Below are positions 13,721 to 29,084 of a stretch of DNA of 64,000 nt, piece after piece. The notes under the pieces were generated by a model. It saw nothing but the letters and a program-made list of their open reading frames with translations. It had not been told where the DNA came from and did not search any database. The position numbers were made by a program, and so were the translations under genes. This DNA comes from Octopus vulgaris (Eukaryota). The DNA lies in assembly GCA_951406725.2 (NCBI GenBank), contig OX597820.1:122822001-122886000 (forward strand). The letters are read 5' to 3'. The first letter of the stretch is position 1; each line of letters opens with the position of its first letter.

Positions 13721-14428
13721 ATGTTTGACCTCCAGTTAGCTGCAGTGGAATGAAGTTTAAAAAATGTGTTCGAAATGATAGAAATAACCTGTGTTTTAAT
13801 CTCACGGTAGGTGTCTCACCCGCTTTATGTATATCTTTGTTTAGTGGATAACATAGAAACAGCTTTCGCCATTACTAAAATATATCCATCGGACGAGAAC
13901 CCTTCATCAGTAGAAATTAGTGAACCATAAGCCATCCTTACAGTGTTGTTAACTATAATGATCAGTTATTCCAGTTTTTGCAACCAAACTACACTGAACA
14001 AGGAAAGCAGAGCCGTCTGTTATTTTGACTTCACTTCAATCAGCCATCAACCACGAGGGTATAAATACAGAAGGATGAGAAAAATATAGATGTAAATTAA
14101 TATACACGTTAATATGGAGAATTAAATAAGACAGGGTAAGATGAGGTTCGCGCCCGTTGCGCGTGTGTGTGAGTGCGTGCGTTAAATGCAAATATGAGGG
14201 AGTGAAAGAAAATTGTAAGCGAACAAAATGCTGCTGTGTATCTCTGAAACCTATTCAAAGATGTAAGTAAAGAAAGATAAGCCAAAGTAAGGACGCAGAT
14301 CAGCTTTCTTTTGATCAGACGGCAAATGTCAGAAAATGTTACCAATGCTTCTATTGACAATCACAGACAACATTCTCAGACATTTTTACCTCTCCACATC
14401 CTTCAATGGACACTTTTATCTTTATTTT

Positions 14429-14429
<1 letters not shown>

Positions 14430-14477
<48 letters not shown>

Positions 14478-14720
14478 CTCTCTCTCTCTCTCTTTCTTTC
14501 TCTCTTTCTCTCTTTCTTTCTCTTTTTTTCTCTCTCACTCTCTTTCTCTCTTTCTTTCTCTCTCTCTCTCTCTTTCTCTCTTTCTTTCTCTTTCTTTCTT
14601 TCTTTCATTCATTCTTTATTTATTTATTTCTTTCATTCTTTCTTTCTCTCTTTCTCTCTCTCTCTCTCTTTTCTTTCTTTTCTTTCTTTTCTTTCTTTTC
14701 TTTCATTCTTTCTTTCTTTA
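14430..14720. repeat. (CT)n/(CTTT)n polypyrimidine microsatellite
   Basis: Direct reading. Also a pure (CT)n run at 20015-20104. Confidence 0.95.
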
Positions 14721-14979
14721 TCTATTTGTCTGTATCTCGCATATACACACGCTCACAGACTACACAACACAAACTCTATTTCTCTTCTAGACTGTTGATT
14801 ACTAAGATTAATCGTCTCTAGTTTTCTCTTCAAATACAATTCAACATCGCAGCTATGGTGAAAGTATGTTTATGTGTTAATAGATACGCATGCGCACGCC
14901 CGTAAATCTGTGTACCAATCCTATGTTTCACTCCTTCTTGCTCTCCCTCATTGCTAAGTATTCCGCTCAATGCTATCCT

Positions 14980-15182
14980 AAAAGCAAGAAAATCATTGTC
15001 TCATAGACAGGAAGTCTCGAAAGGAGATTCTCATGTCGGACACAGTCGAAACTTTTGGTGACACTGAGGGAAACAACACTACTTTCACCAAATTCTTCTA
15101 ATGCCACTGGTGGGTGACAAGCGAGACTAGATCTCCAGGAGATCTTGTTGGTTTTACGAAATTCGTGCTGGGAGATGTTAAG

Positions 15183-15234
<52 letters not shown>

Positions 15235-15900
15235 AAGAAAGAAAAGGGATTCGAGGTGTTGAAGGATGTCATTGTTAATGAGTGTCTCCCGCAAGAGGGC
15301 GATAGTGGGCAGGATGAGAGAGGTTCTTTTGTTAAGGATGAGATGCATTGTAAACGTGTTTGCAAAGATCGAAATAAATCCCCGTAGCGAGGGACAGTTT
15401 GGTTAGTATAGGTCCTAGCTCTACAGCGTTATGATTGTATTGAGAGGAGCATTGTTAAGCCGGGTGACCTTGTTCGCTTTAAGTAACTGAAAGTATTTCT
15501 GCATTTGGCATGTTCTGGTACGGATAAATCTGGATGGGATGAGGGAGATAAAATTGGATATTTTCGAGTAAGTTCAGTGTAGAGTTGCCTGCAAAGAGGG
15601 CTGCGGACAGTGAAGCTAGATGTAACCTATTGCGGTTTGGATAATGGTCACGCAGATTTTGTTGTTGATAAACGCCACACAGTATTTTAGTGAGTGGGTT
15701 CGTTTCGCCAGACACTGGCGGTAGGAATTTGTATTTTATATGAAAAGCTTCAGTACTACTATCAGTGAACCACTTGATCGAGTTGAGGTATTGGATTTTT
15801 TGTTGTGGGCGTGATGTGGTGTGATACCCAGAAGTACAGTTCCGGTCATCTTCCTGGCTGTTTTTGATGAGTGAAAAGTGAAGCAGATGAGGAGACACTT
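14980..15900 (-). mobile_element. Decayed CR1-group LINE RT fragment interrupted by (GA)n
   Basis: NNDILQHLE..[microsatellite]..SQHEFRK..EEFGESSVVSLSVTKSFDCVRHENLLSRLPVY resembles QYGFR..FGET..VALDISKAFDRVWH. The upstream extent is uncertain. Confidence 0.7.
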
Positions 15901-15909
15901 TCCGTTTTC

Positions 15910-16194
15910 GGATCTTTTCGGTTGGAACGGCAGTTTTAACATAATTTCTAGGTAACTAAAAAATTTTAAACTTCGCATGTTGGTAGAATGTGTTCATAAA
16001 ACATCTTTTTGTCTTGGCTTTATTGAGAAAATTCTATAGTTTGTAAGATATTTGTTGTTTTTTTTCTTCAATTTCTGCAATTTCAACCAATCAATGACGT
16101 CCATTGAGGTAAACAACATTCTGTGCCGTATGAATATGTCCCTTGTTTAAGAAACAGATTGGGTTTATTTACATTTGTGAAGAAAAAAAGATAC
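15910..16194. mobile_element. MITE copy 3, right end missing
   Basis: GGATCTTTTCGGTTGGAACGGCAG left TIR and body match copies 1 and 2; the match stops at AAAAAAAGATAC. Confidence 0.9.
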
Positions 16195-16850
16195 GTCTGA
16201 GGGTATTGAATGCTTTTTACATCGGTGGGACATCATTAAATTTCAAGAGGAAACTAGCAAGTCAGTTGAATTCATTTAAAGACAAAAATAAAATGTTCCA
16301 AACGAGTCTTAGCAAATCAATCTGGTCTTTTAAGGACAATCACAAAGACTCAACCATTAAATGGGAATTAAGTTGCACTACAAAACCATACAAACCTGGA
16401 ACCAACAGATGTGACCTATGTTTAGAAGAATTTTACCGGGTAATGTAATAAGTTTTAGACAGGAACAAACGCTGAGGTGCTTGCACATGAGGAAATTCAC
16501 ATTTGTCCAGCGTAAATTAATAATGAGCATTGAAACAATGGAAGGTTTTGAAGTAATGGTCTAAAAGTGATTATCCAATAAGAAGTTGAAATGGAGATCG
16601 TTCGCGTCCAACTTACATCATACAACGCAGAGAAGATAAAAGGAAATCCTTAAACGGTTAAATCGAAGGATATCAAGTAAAGACCCTGAAGACTGCACCG
16701 GTTTTATAGCAGGATTGCCATTGCAACCGTTGCCAATCGGTGCAGTTTAAACATGTGTTGTTGCTGTATGTAAAGCAGTAAATATATTAAACGAATTAAA
16801 TTTAATGCTGTGCGACTTCGCAGTAATCCTTAATATTGATATTGTTGATA
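16195..16850 (+). mobile_element. Penelope-like element 3' part (GIY-YIG endonuclease remnant and pLTR)
   Basis: FYIGGTSLNFKRKL..SLSKSIWSFKD..IKWEL..KPYKPGTNRCDLCLEE..CLHMRKF is a typical PLE GIY-YIG C-terminus, followed by a degenerate hammerhead motif and (TA)n. Confidence 0.85.
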
Positions 16851-16876
16851 TTATATATATATATATAAATATATAT

Positions 16877-16963
<87 letters not shown>

Positions 16964-17029
16964 GCATATATATATATAATATATCTATATGTATATATAT
17001 GTATATATATATATATATCATATTATATA

Positions 17030-17075
<46 letters not shown>

Positions 17076-17145
17076 ATATATATATTATATCTTATATATA
17101 CATATATATATATATTATATATTATATATACATATATATATATAT

Positions 17146-17239
<94 letters not shown>

Positions 17240-17361
17240 TATATATTATATATATATATATATAATTACACACACACATTCGTTGCTATATTTCAAGGCA
17301 CACTTAATCGTTATGAAGATTAGTGTTGTGAAAATTGAGGGTCACAGATTATATTTAAACT

Positions 17362-17665
17362 GACATCCTTCGGTTACAACGATAAGGGTTGCAGTTGATC
17401 TGCTGAATAAACTAACGTGCAAGTGGCTGAGTATTCCACAGACATGTATATCCCTTAACGTAGTTCTCTGGGAGTTTCAGCATGGCACATAATGTGACAC
17501 GGTTGGTCCTTTGAACTTTAGATACACTCGTTTTTCGCAACTGAGTGGACGGGTGCAACGTGAAATAAAGTGTGTTTCTTAAGTACGCAGTGCACCGCTA
17601 GGAATCGAACTCACGACCTTACGATTCTAAACCGAATACTCTAATCTCTAAACCACATGGTTTCA
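17362..17665 (-). mobile_element. tRNA-derived SINE sharing its 3' tail with 27214-27603
   Basis: Reverse complement has B-box GAGTTCGATTCCT and the tail TGTCTGTGGAATACTCAGCCACTTGCACGTT..GTAACCGAAGGA. Confidence 0.75.
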
Positions 17666-17965
17666 CACAGATTATGTAGTGTCATGCTGTAACAAATTTT
17701 GACGAGAGGTATTTATGAACAGAGACGTTCCTGGGCAAAACAACACCGTCAACAACAGCAAGTATTAAACATATTTAAAACGACGACATCTAACATCATC
17801 CCTCCACATCACCCTCTTCACTCACCCCTCCACACCAACCCCTCTACATCGACCCCTCTACATCACCCCGGCAACAACTGACATCCTAAACAGGAACAGA
17901 GCAATTGTTACAGTCACAAAGAAAACCAATTCAATCTCTACATTAAAACTTTTATGTAAGTGGGC

Positions 17966-18004
<39 letters not shown>

Positions 18005-18303
18005 GTACTACTTTTGCTGCTACTGCTGCTACTACTACTACTATTACTACTTTTGCTGCTGCTATGCTGCTACTACTACTACTACTACTACTACTTTTGC
18101 TGCTACTGCTGCTGCTACTACTACTACTACTACTACTACTACTTTTGCTGCTACTGCTGCTGCTACTACTACTGCTACTACTACTACTATTACTACTACC
18201 ACTTTTGCTGCTACTGCTGCAACTACTACTACTACTACTACTGCTACTTTTGCTGCTGCTGCCACTACTACTACTACTACTACTACTACTTTTGCTGCTG
18301 CTG

Positions 18304-18334
<31 letters not shown>

Positions 18335-19453
18335 TATCACGACGACGGTGACGACGATTTCTAACCCTAAATTCCTTATTGACATTCAGCAATTTCCTTC
18401 ACAAACTTCATACTACGCAGCGCTGTTCCATCGACCATTTCCACTTTCACCTGCCCAATTTAATTAACACCCCACCCTCTTCGTCTACACCATGAACCAG
18501 GAGGTTCCGTCAATTAGCTTGGTAGAAATAACAGTTAAATATTCTTCAGATTATGCCTTTCAGTCTTTAAACAAAACAAAAACAAAAGCAAGCAGGAGCG
18601 CGCAGGGAGCGAAGTGGTAACAACATTATGAGCGAATGAAAGACTGCAGATTCAGTCGTTGTATAAACACCGTCCATCAAAAAATCTGCGCAATAAATGC
18701 TGACCTGGGGATAGACAAAACAACATCCAAAGCCCCGACTCCACCACAGCTAACCCATTACTACATCGCCAATCAAAACTAACACCATTTCTAAGAGCAT
18801 CGGCATTAGAACCGAGATCATGTAACAGACTAGAGCTAAAACAACCATCTACACCACCACCAGCACCACCAGTATTTTGACCAGAATCATTATTAGGTAC
18901 ACAGACCAAAACTATCTCCATTGCTAATGCTAGCCAAAAGCATAAAAGCATTGTATTAAAAAGCAAGAATCCAATAATAATCCGATAGAAGTCTATTAGC
19001 AGCGGAAATTCGCCATTTTATACTCTCCAGGAATAACAAGAACTGATCAAAATAGAAAGTATTTGATGATGAATGAAGATAAATGTGTATAACATATATA
19101 CACCAGCCTATACAAGTATGTGTTTGTATGCAGGTATATTCCTATGCATGTATACCATATATGTGTATGTGTATGCATGTACGTAATGTACGTATCTCTT
19201 TCTTCCTTTCTATCTCTCTCTCTTTCTATCTATATATATATATACATACATAAGTATATAGGCATTATACGTATACATATACATATATGTGTGTGTGTAT
19301 ATGTATATATATATATATACATATATATACATATATATATACACATATATATATATACATATACATACATACATATATATATATACATATATATATATAC
19401 ATATATATATACATATACATACATATATATATACATACATAATATATATATAC

Positions 19454-19500
<47 letters not shown>

Positions 19501-20011
19501 CATACATATATATATACATATATATATATACATATATATACACATATATATACATATATATATATATACATATATACATATATATATACATATATTTACA
19601 TATATATACACATATATATACATACATATACACATATATATACATACATATACATATATATATATATATGCATGTGTGTTTCTAGATATACCTACGTATG
19701 ATATACATAGGTTCGTGCATGTGCACGCTTACATATATATGTACGTATATACACTTCAAGTACGATGAGTGTATCCAATGTTAAACTTCTCTTCTATTCG
19801 TTATATATTTTCTGTTTATCGATTATTTTCCTCTTCGCTCTCCCAAATTATTTGTAGCAATTAATAACACATTCCTCTTGTGACCAATTCATTGAATCTG
19901 TAATACATTACGATCTGGGACGATCAAAATAAATCAATTTCTCTTTCCCACACGTTCTCACTCTCTATATATCTTTCTGCCTTTTTCGACTTCCTCTCTC
20001 GCACCTGCTTT

Positions 20012-20109
<98 letters not shown>

Positions 20110-20523
20110 ATACCTGTCCTCAACGAAAAGACTATTTTTGTGCAGACTATCCAATAAGTTGAAAAGAGAAACTGGAAATAAGGAAAGCATCTAAACAGAT
20201 GAAAATAGCAGATTTAATTATTTATATCTTCATCTCGCTCACGTTCGCTCCCAGTCTTCTTCTCTCTCGCTCTCTTTATTTGTCTTGTCTGTCTGTTTGT
20301 TTGTTTCTATCTGTCTGCGTGTTTGTCTCTCTCTCTCTCTCTCTCTGAAGCTTCGCATAGATATAATTCTTTCACAAGAGTAATATTAACAGTGAGTTCG
20401 AAGTTTTAGGCAGCCAAACAATTCTTGTTAATAATTCCCACTCTACTAAAATATACAGTAACACATGGAGTTAATGTAATTTTTTTATTACAACTGAACA
20501 TGAGAACTAACATTTATATATAT

Positions 20524-20572
<49 letters not shown>

Positions 20573-20934
20573 AGTAGTTGAATGAATTATCTTGTTATGG
20601 ATAATTCGGTTAAACGATACCTGGGTAGCAAATTCACATCAGAGAAGGCACGTTTGAAGTTACGTGCTTTCGTGTGGAAATTTGTATGTTTTTTTTTTAA
20701 ATATAAATATATTAAAGAATGGAGTTGAAAATGGTTTCATTTTCACTATGGGCTCCGTGTGAGCAGTCATCTAAAAGATTTTGTGCATCTTCATGTTGAC
20801 ATAAGTTCCTTGCTTTTTCTGATGAGAAAGCGGCATAATATACTCCTTATTCCTTCGCAATTAGGAATATGCAGCCTTCGAAACATATGTCGAAAATAAT
20901 GGAATTTTTTTTAATTCGTCGTTCAACTCCATTC

Positions 20935-20981
<47 letters not shown>

Positions 20982-21123
20982 CACAAATATGTATATGTGG
21001 TGGTGTGTTGTCATTACGATCATAATATTGTGGTTTCGATTCTTGGACCAGGCGATGCGTTGTGTTCTTCAGTAAAGCACTTCATTTCCCATTACTTCAT
21101 TCCACATGGCTAGCAAAAGTGGG

Positions 21124-22192
<1,069 letters not shown>

Positions 22193-22199
22193 TAGAGTT

Positions 22200-22735
22200 T
22201 ATACGTAGTGTTATTGAATCAAGGGTTTTATTTAAAGCGACCTAAAAGTAGGGAATGCATTAGTAAGGTAAAATCGTTACGAAGTAGAGAGTGAGGTGGA
22301 GGAATGAAAATAGATGTGAGATATGCAGGGATGTTTTATTTGTAGATCCATTATTTAAGCAGAATGGTATTCATTGAACCCCAACCCTGCATATATCACA
22401 TCAATTTTCATTCCCTCACCTCACTCTCTACTTCGTATTTTCTTCACTAAACTATTGCTTAACCATCTTCTCACACCGTCTCCGATGAAGGGATATAATA
22501 AATATCTTAGAAACAGCTGTAAGACCTTATATTTTTATGTTCTAAATTCTACACAGCCTTGGTTTTTTATCGCATTACGGAAAAAAAAATTAGATACACA
22601 CGCTGATATATGACCTTCGTTGGACCCCTTATTCGCATAATCACCGAACCTGGAACTCAACTATGGTTTATCCATAGTACTTATTTAGCATTACCTAACA
22701 TCTTTGGGTCTCACTAACACCATTACCTCTCATAA
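22200..22735 (+). mobile_element. Penelope-like terminal remnant with an inverted segment and a hammerhead motif
   Basis: 52-bp inverted repeat at 22279-22330 and 22385-22436, followed by a hammerhead-like motif at 22478-22525. Confidence 0.6.
22478..22525 (+). ncRNA. Minimal type I hammerhead ribozyme motif with one core change
   Basis: gtct-c-CGATGA-agggatat-aataa-atatctt-a-GAAA-cagctg-TA-agac. Stems I and II pair and stem III is palindromic; the core reads CCGAUGA instead of CUGAUGA. Confidence 0.65.
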
Positions 22736-22747
22736 CCTATATATATA

Positions 22748-23146
22748 TCTTTATATATAAAAGTGAGGTTTTGTGCTGTCTGTCTCCTACGATTTAGATT
22801 CCTAACTACTCCCACATGTTGCGGTGCAGTTTAACCAAAACCGGGTATCTTATAGTCGTGATTCATATCGAGCCCTTCTGGGTATTAGCGCGCGTCTACG
22901 ATGAGTCTACGATTTAAAAAAAAATTAACCATGAATTTTTTCCATTTTTAATGCATTTTTGGCATATACAAGGGAAGTAACTCTCTAAAAATTTATTATT
23001 AAATCTCAGAACGTAAAAAGCTACAGTAACACCCCCCCCCCTTTGTGGTTAGCCATATTGAGATGGCTATTATACTTTACATCTCTAAAAATGCTAATAT
23101 AGTTATTTCCCTTACAAACCTGAGCAACGCCGGGTGATACTGCTAG
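22748..23146 (+). mobile_element. Non-autonomous Helitron
   Basis: 5' TC (TCTTTATATATAAAAG), 3' hairpin CCTGAGCAACGCCGGG then CTAG at 23143-23146, inserted between A and T with no TSD. Confidence 0.88.
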
Positions 23147-23251
23147 TATACAATAAAATGTAACAACAAAAGAATTCTTTTTTTCTTTTTTCCACCTATT
23201 AGAATTACGTCCCTTATATTTAACGGTTTCTCGTAGCGTCTGTTGCCACTA

Positions 23252-23310
23252 ATAGCTGACGAGAATGTATCGTAGCTCTTCACTGCGGCATTCGAAAATC
23301 CGAGTACTAT
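23252..23310 (+). ncRNA. Type I hammerhead ribozyme motif
   Basis: atag-CTGACGA-gaatgt-at-cgtag-ctcttca-ctgcg-gcattc-GAAA-atccgag-TA-ctat. Core intact, stems I and II pair, GUA cleavage triplet. Confidence 0.75.
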
Positions 23311-23603
23311 AAGGACAACCTTTTAGTGTTAGTTCGAAATTATCATATAAACGTTAATATCGAACAGGGAGAGTGAGTGCTCAACACAGCATTGGAATTC
23401 TTTGGAGATTCCAAATAACTTTCAACCAATGCAAATTATGACACGAAAGTAACTAATTCCCACGTAAATCTCTAAACAAATCGAACCTCTGACTCTTAGC
23501 TTTACAGACATCCAGAGTCGCCAAAATAACTTAGAAGTAAATGACAAACACTCACATAATTTCACTTCATTGAGTATCCCTTCAGGTTTCCTTACTCGGA
23601 ACT

Positions 23604-23658
<55 letters not shown>

Positions 23659-24284
23659 CACCACCACCACCACCACCACCATCGCCATCACAGCTGCTGC
23701 TGCTGCTGTTGCTACTGTTTCTGCTGCCCTGACAGAAATAGCTCTAATACACCAAATCATCTTGGTTAGTTTAAATGACATAACAGTTATCACTAATATA
23801 CCCCCGTCTCTCGCTATACTTCTTTTTGCTTCGCCACCTCCTCTTCCTCCTTCTGCTTCGTCATCATCCTCCTCATCACCATCACCTTCTTTTATTTCTC
23901 TTCTTCCTTTCCTGACCTCCTCCTCGTCTTCTTGTTGTTCATCATCATCTCTTCTTTATTTGTTTCCCTCTCACTTCTTCCTTTTCTTTCTTCTTGTGAC
24001 TTACTTCCTTGTCTCCATTGTTTTAAATGTCATCCGCTAAACCACAAACACCATTAAATGGTTGCGCTTCGTGTTTTATAAAATCCTGATGCAAAACTTC
24101 TATTATTATTCTCTAACAAAGTCTGTGTCAACTTTAAAATCTTCCTCCGCTCTGTAAAACAGTACGCCATGTTGATTTGGTTTGTTTCCCAATCTGTGTT
24201 TTATTATATTCAGCTCCATAGATATCTCCATTTCTTCATCAACTCTTTTACGTATTTATTTACATCTTATATTTACATCTTATA

Positions 24285-24680
24285 GGCGTAGGAGTGGCTG
24301 TGTGGTAAGTAGCTTGTTTACCAACCACATGGTTCCGGGTTCAGTCCCACTGCGTGGCACCTTGGGCAAGTGTCTTCTACTATAACCTCGGGCCGACCAA
24401 AGCCTTGTGAGTGGATTTGGTAGACGGAAACTGAAAGAAGCCCGTCGTATATATGTATATATATATGCGTGTCTGTGTTTGTGTGTCTGTGCTTGTCCCC
24501 CTAGCATTGCTTGACAACCGATGCTGGTGTGTTTATGTCCCCGTTACTTAGCGGTTCGGCAAAAGAGACCGATAGAATAAGTACTGGGCTTACAAAAGAA
24601 TAAGTCCCGGGGTCGAGTTGCTCGATTAAAGGCGGTGCTCCAGCATGGCCGCAGTCAAATGACTGAAACAAGTGAAAGAG
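24285..24680 (+). mobile_element. tRNA-derived CORE-like SINE, family B, full length
   Basis: A-box TGGCTGTGTGG, B-box GGTTCAGTCCC, CORE-like CCTTGGGCAAGTGTCTT and an internal TA/TG microsatellite. Other copies at 43781-44358, 47850-48205 and 50116-50385. Confidence 0.9.
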
Positions 24681-26293
24681 TATCATCGATTCATCTGCCT
24701 CGCACGACTACCCACATAACAGAAAGAGTCAACTAAACAGAGGAGCCACATCAATTTGAAGTAACACCCAAAACGTTTTACATATCCAATAATGTTGTAT
24801 CTAACCTAGAATGGCAAAATGAAGATGGCAAGAATATATTTGATGATAGATCTAATCAATATAAATTGCCACGGAGCTATATAACAAATAAAACAACTAC
24901 AATACGACTAGGAATCCTGTACCAGGGCCGTTAATCAGCTACAAATGAGATCAACAGAATTACTTCGAAACCCTCCAAACTCCAAACAAGAAACACCTCA
25001 GACATCAACAGCATAATTCTTTTTCCTTAACGTTGCCTCTCCGTTGGATTGGAGATCGTTCGGTTTGGGACATTCTGGCGCCGCGTATTTGGCGTAGCTG
25101 AATTAGGTGACATCAGGCATTTTCTTGTTTCTCTCATTCTCCATCTCCTTCTCATTCACTCTCCGTACCCCTCTCTTTCTATTTGTAATTAAATTTCTGT
25201 GCGTGCACGTGCATGTGTGTGAACGTTCGTTTCCAACACCGTTCAGTCAACTAATGCCGAATCGTCCGATTCCGTCTTCCCGATACTTCAACCTGGTCGA
25301 ATTAACAACCAAATCACATTCTTTTATCTTAAAAAGAAATTTCACTTTAGATCGTACATTCCTGAAATATATTGTGATGATATTGTCATCATGCAGATAC
25401 ACATACACAAATGCACATAATTTTATATACGTACACGTATACAACTATTTGTGTGTGCGTATGCGTGTGTGTATGTGTGCTTGTATGTGAAGACACAGAC
25501 ATGCATGCACATATGAGTGTATGTGTGTGTGTACGTGTGTGTGTGTATAGGGAGGAGAGCGTATATAGATTTAGATGAAGAGGCAGCTAAATATACAGCC
25601 AGGGAAAAAGTTAAGAAAAAAAACTGGACAGATTTCCAGCTAGACGAATACACAGATAGAAAGAGAGATAAACTGTTGGCTGGCAGTTGCATATGTAAAG
25701 TACAGTAATGATGCTTATCTTTGCTCCTATCTACCTATACATGTATGTGAATATATGTTTCTTTATGCATGTATGAATATACATTCACATTCATCAGAGA
25801 TAAGCTTATAGGCAAACAAAAGCTCTCTTGGGAATGGTTTCAACGAAAACAGCCAAACGAAAGCAATTCCTAAAAGAAGGAACGAAATCCCTCGTGTAAC
25901 GTACGATTATTATTATGATTTGGGGTTTACTTTGATGAGGGGGCATCTTACAGCCTGCCAAAGTATTTTCATTGTTTGCTTTTAACTGTGGATAATGAGA
26001 AAGTTCTAGAAATAGACTTGAAACTGTCTGGTTGCAGAAATATGAGCGCTTGAAATAAGTAGCAGGAGTGAGACTAATTGATGGGTTTTAATTGTTTAAT
26101 TACACCCTCAGTCCAGCGCATGCGTTCATACAGAAATCAATCATTCAATTTATCTATCAATCCTATCTGTTAATATCTATTTATCTATCTATCCTATATA
26201 TCTATCTATTTTTCTATTTTTTAATATCCATCTATTCATCTATCTATCTATCTATCTATCTTTTTTCTGTCTGACTAATTATTCTTTATTATC

Positions 26294-26358
<65 letters not shown>

Positions 26359-27213
26359 TTATATATGTATGTATGTCATTATTCAGTTTTATTTCAAGAT
26401 TTCTTGCCAACAGAGTAAGAGCCGGTTTCTAACCTAGATCCAAGGCTCCTTCACTGAAATATCAACACTAACAACAGGGTATGTATGTATGTATGTATGT
26501 ATGTATGTATGTATGTATGTATGTATGTATATATGCTTTTTTATCCGAGGGGAGGCAATGCGACCAAGAACCATAGGAAGACCACAAAACCCACAGATAG
26601 ACCAAACACATACAAATCTTCATAAACTCATTTAAATCTATAAAGCCCGACATTTAAATATTTAAAAATTTAGTAATATATAAATATATCATATAAAAAT
26701 ATAAATTTTGCATAAAGCACCTTGAATTTACGCTTAAAACATTTAGTATAAATTTGTTACAATAAGAGAAATAAATATATACAATAATATACACATTTTT
26801 TTATCATTTCGTCGTTTTCGTTTTCACTCACTGCTGTATATCTTCGTACAGTCTCTGACAGGACATCTGTCCTCTCCTCGTTCTACATATTACCGTAAAT
26901 AAACATATCCTTCTTTGTAGCAGTCTGTTGCTCTACCTCTTTCTCTTTCCCTCCCCTATACCTGCGCATAAATACATATACATAAGCACTCACACCTACA
27001 CAGAAATACAGGGCCTACCGTCGAGAACGAGGTACGCGGCGTCTCTGACCACAAAGAATTTGTTCTAAATAGAATAAATTTGTGCAGGGTTTAATCTCAT
27101 CCATTTCTTAAAAGAGTAAGCTAATCTGATGTACAGAGTTGCATGTACCTCAGCGAAATGCATTATTCAATAAGATCTATAATATTATTCCTTACAACAT
27201 TATTCATGTAAGT

Positions 27214-27603
27214 GTGGAGGCGCAATGGCCCAGTGGTTAGTGCAGCGGACTCGCGGTCATAGGATCGCGGTTTCGATTCCCAGACCGGGTGTTGTGAGTG
27301 TTTATTGAGCGAAAACATCTAAAGCTCCACAGAGGCTCCGGCAGGGGATGGTGGTGATCCCTGCTGTACTCTTTCACCACAACTTTCTCTCACTCTTACT
27401 TCCTGTTTCTGTTGTACATGTATTTCAAAGGGCCGGCCTTGTCACTCTCTGTGTCACGCTGAATATCCCCGAAAACTACGTTAAGGGTACACGTGTCTGT
27501 GGAGTGCTCAGCCACTTACACGTTAATTTACGAGCAGGCTGTTCCGTTGTTTCGGATCAACCGGAACCCTCGTCGTCGTAACCGACGGAGTGCTTCCATT
27601 CCC
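27214..27603 (+). mobile_element. tRNA-derived SINE, family C, with 12-bp TSD
   Basis: TGGCCCAGTGGTTAG and GTTTCGATTCCC boxes; TSD ATTCATGTAAGT at 27202-27213 and 27604-27615. Confidence 0.92.
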
Positions 27604-28548
27604 ATTCATGTAAGTACCTTTTTGAAGTTTATCTAACTATAAAAAATGATTATAAATATGATATGCCTAAGAACATCACAAACGCAAACCAAAATATGCA
27701 ATTAGGTTCTGTAACTGAAATTTGATGTAACAGACCCTCTGCTACTATGGGTGACACTTTTAGGGATCCGTTAGTTCGAAAATGCTCTTAACAGTACAGT
27801 CAGTTATATTAATATTTCTAATAGTCATTCATACACTGAATTTATCGCTTCTTGTGATTGCTTTGGTAACTTTCCAGCAAACCTACTCTACAACTTTGTG
27901 AATCGGTTTAATAGGAGGCAGAGCCGTATTTGTCAGAGCCGCATCCGGGCATTGTGCCTCTGTGTATGTGCGTGCGCATTGGGCAACGTACAGCCGAAAA
28001 GAAAAAGACAATAGACAGAACTTGAGCTCCAGTTGTTTATTCAAAATGAAATCCGAAAAAAATGGGATTTCCATTGTTTCCGTCGCTAAATACATTCCAA
28101 GGTTTTCTTCACCATTAAAATACTTTGAGACATATACTAAAATCTTTCGTTAAATGTCGTACTGCATGTCATGTTTTAAACTCGTGATATGAATGAGTGT
28201 GAGTATGTGCGTGTGTGTGTACGCGCGCTCATGTGTGTGATATCTGTCTTTAAATAATACATTGGCAGTTAAATCTGTATAAGATTTAAGAGCAATGGAA
28301 TTACGTTGTTCATTGCACAATTTCCGTATTAATGGCAAGGGTTTCTATTGACGCAACTACGATCATCGCCGTTAGCAATACTATTATCACTGCTTGTTAA
28401 TTCACTAGTTTCGAAGGTATAATGTTGTCTATTACGTTATGAGTTGTGGAATAAGTTACTTTAACGGTATTCCGGTTAAAAGTCATATAGTACAAACACA
28501 ATACACATGCGCACATATATGTGCTTGTGTATGTATGCCTATGTGTGT

Positions 28549-28604
<56 letters not shown>

Positions 28605-28626
28605 GGTGATGGTTGTCGTGGTGGTA

Positions 28627-28711
<85 letters not shown>

Positions 28712-29015
28712 ATTGGTTCACAAAACCAGTAGCAAATTTTTAGTTGATCTAACCAACTCAGCATGTTGTCAGTTTCTTTGTCTCTATGTCCATAGACCTG
28801 AAATACACCGCATTTAAAAGATACGGAAAACATATATGTACATATATGGCTACTCTTATTTTAATATTTCTACATTTAGTTTAGATTATATTGTGCTTTT
28901 AGATATTCAGCTAAACGTACACACACACGCATATATATATTGTTATATTTCGGAATGGTAATTTTGCCAGTTTAGCCAATACATACATACATACATACAT
29001 ACATACATACATACA

Positions 29016-29084
<69 letters not shown>

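Noticed and set aside
13855-13920. Minus-strand CTGATGA...GAAA as a hammerhead
   Set aside because: Stems II, III and I do not pair convincingly.
20625-20675. Minus-strand GAAA-hairpin-CTGATGT as a hammerhead
   Set aside because: The core is mismatched, and there is no UH site or stem I.
27214-27290. tRNA gene
   Set aside because: It is the tRNA-like head of a SINE, continuing into a body with a TSD; the same applies at 60500 and 49434.
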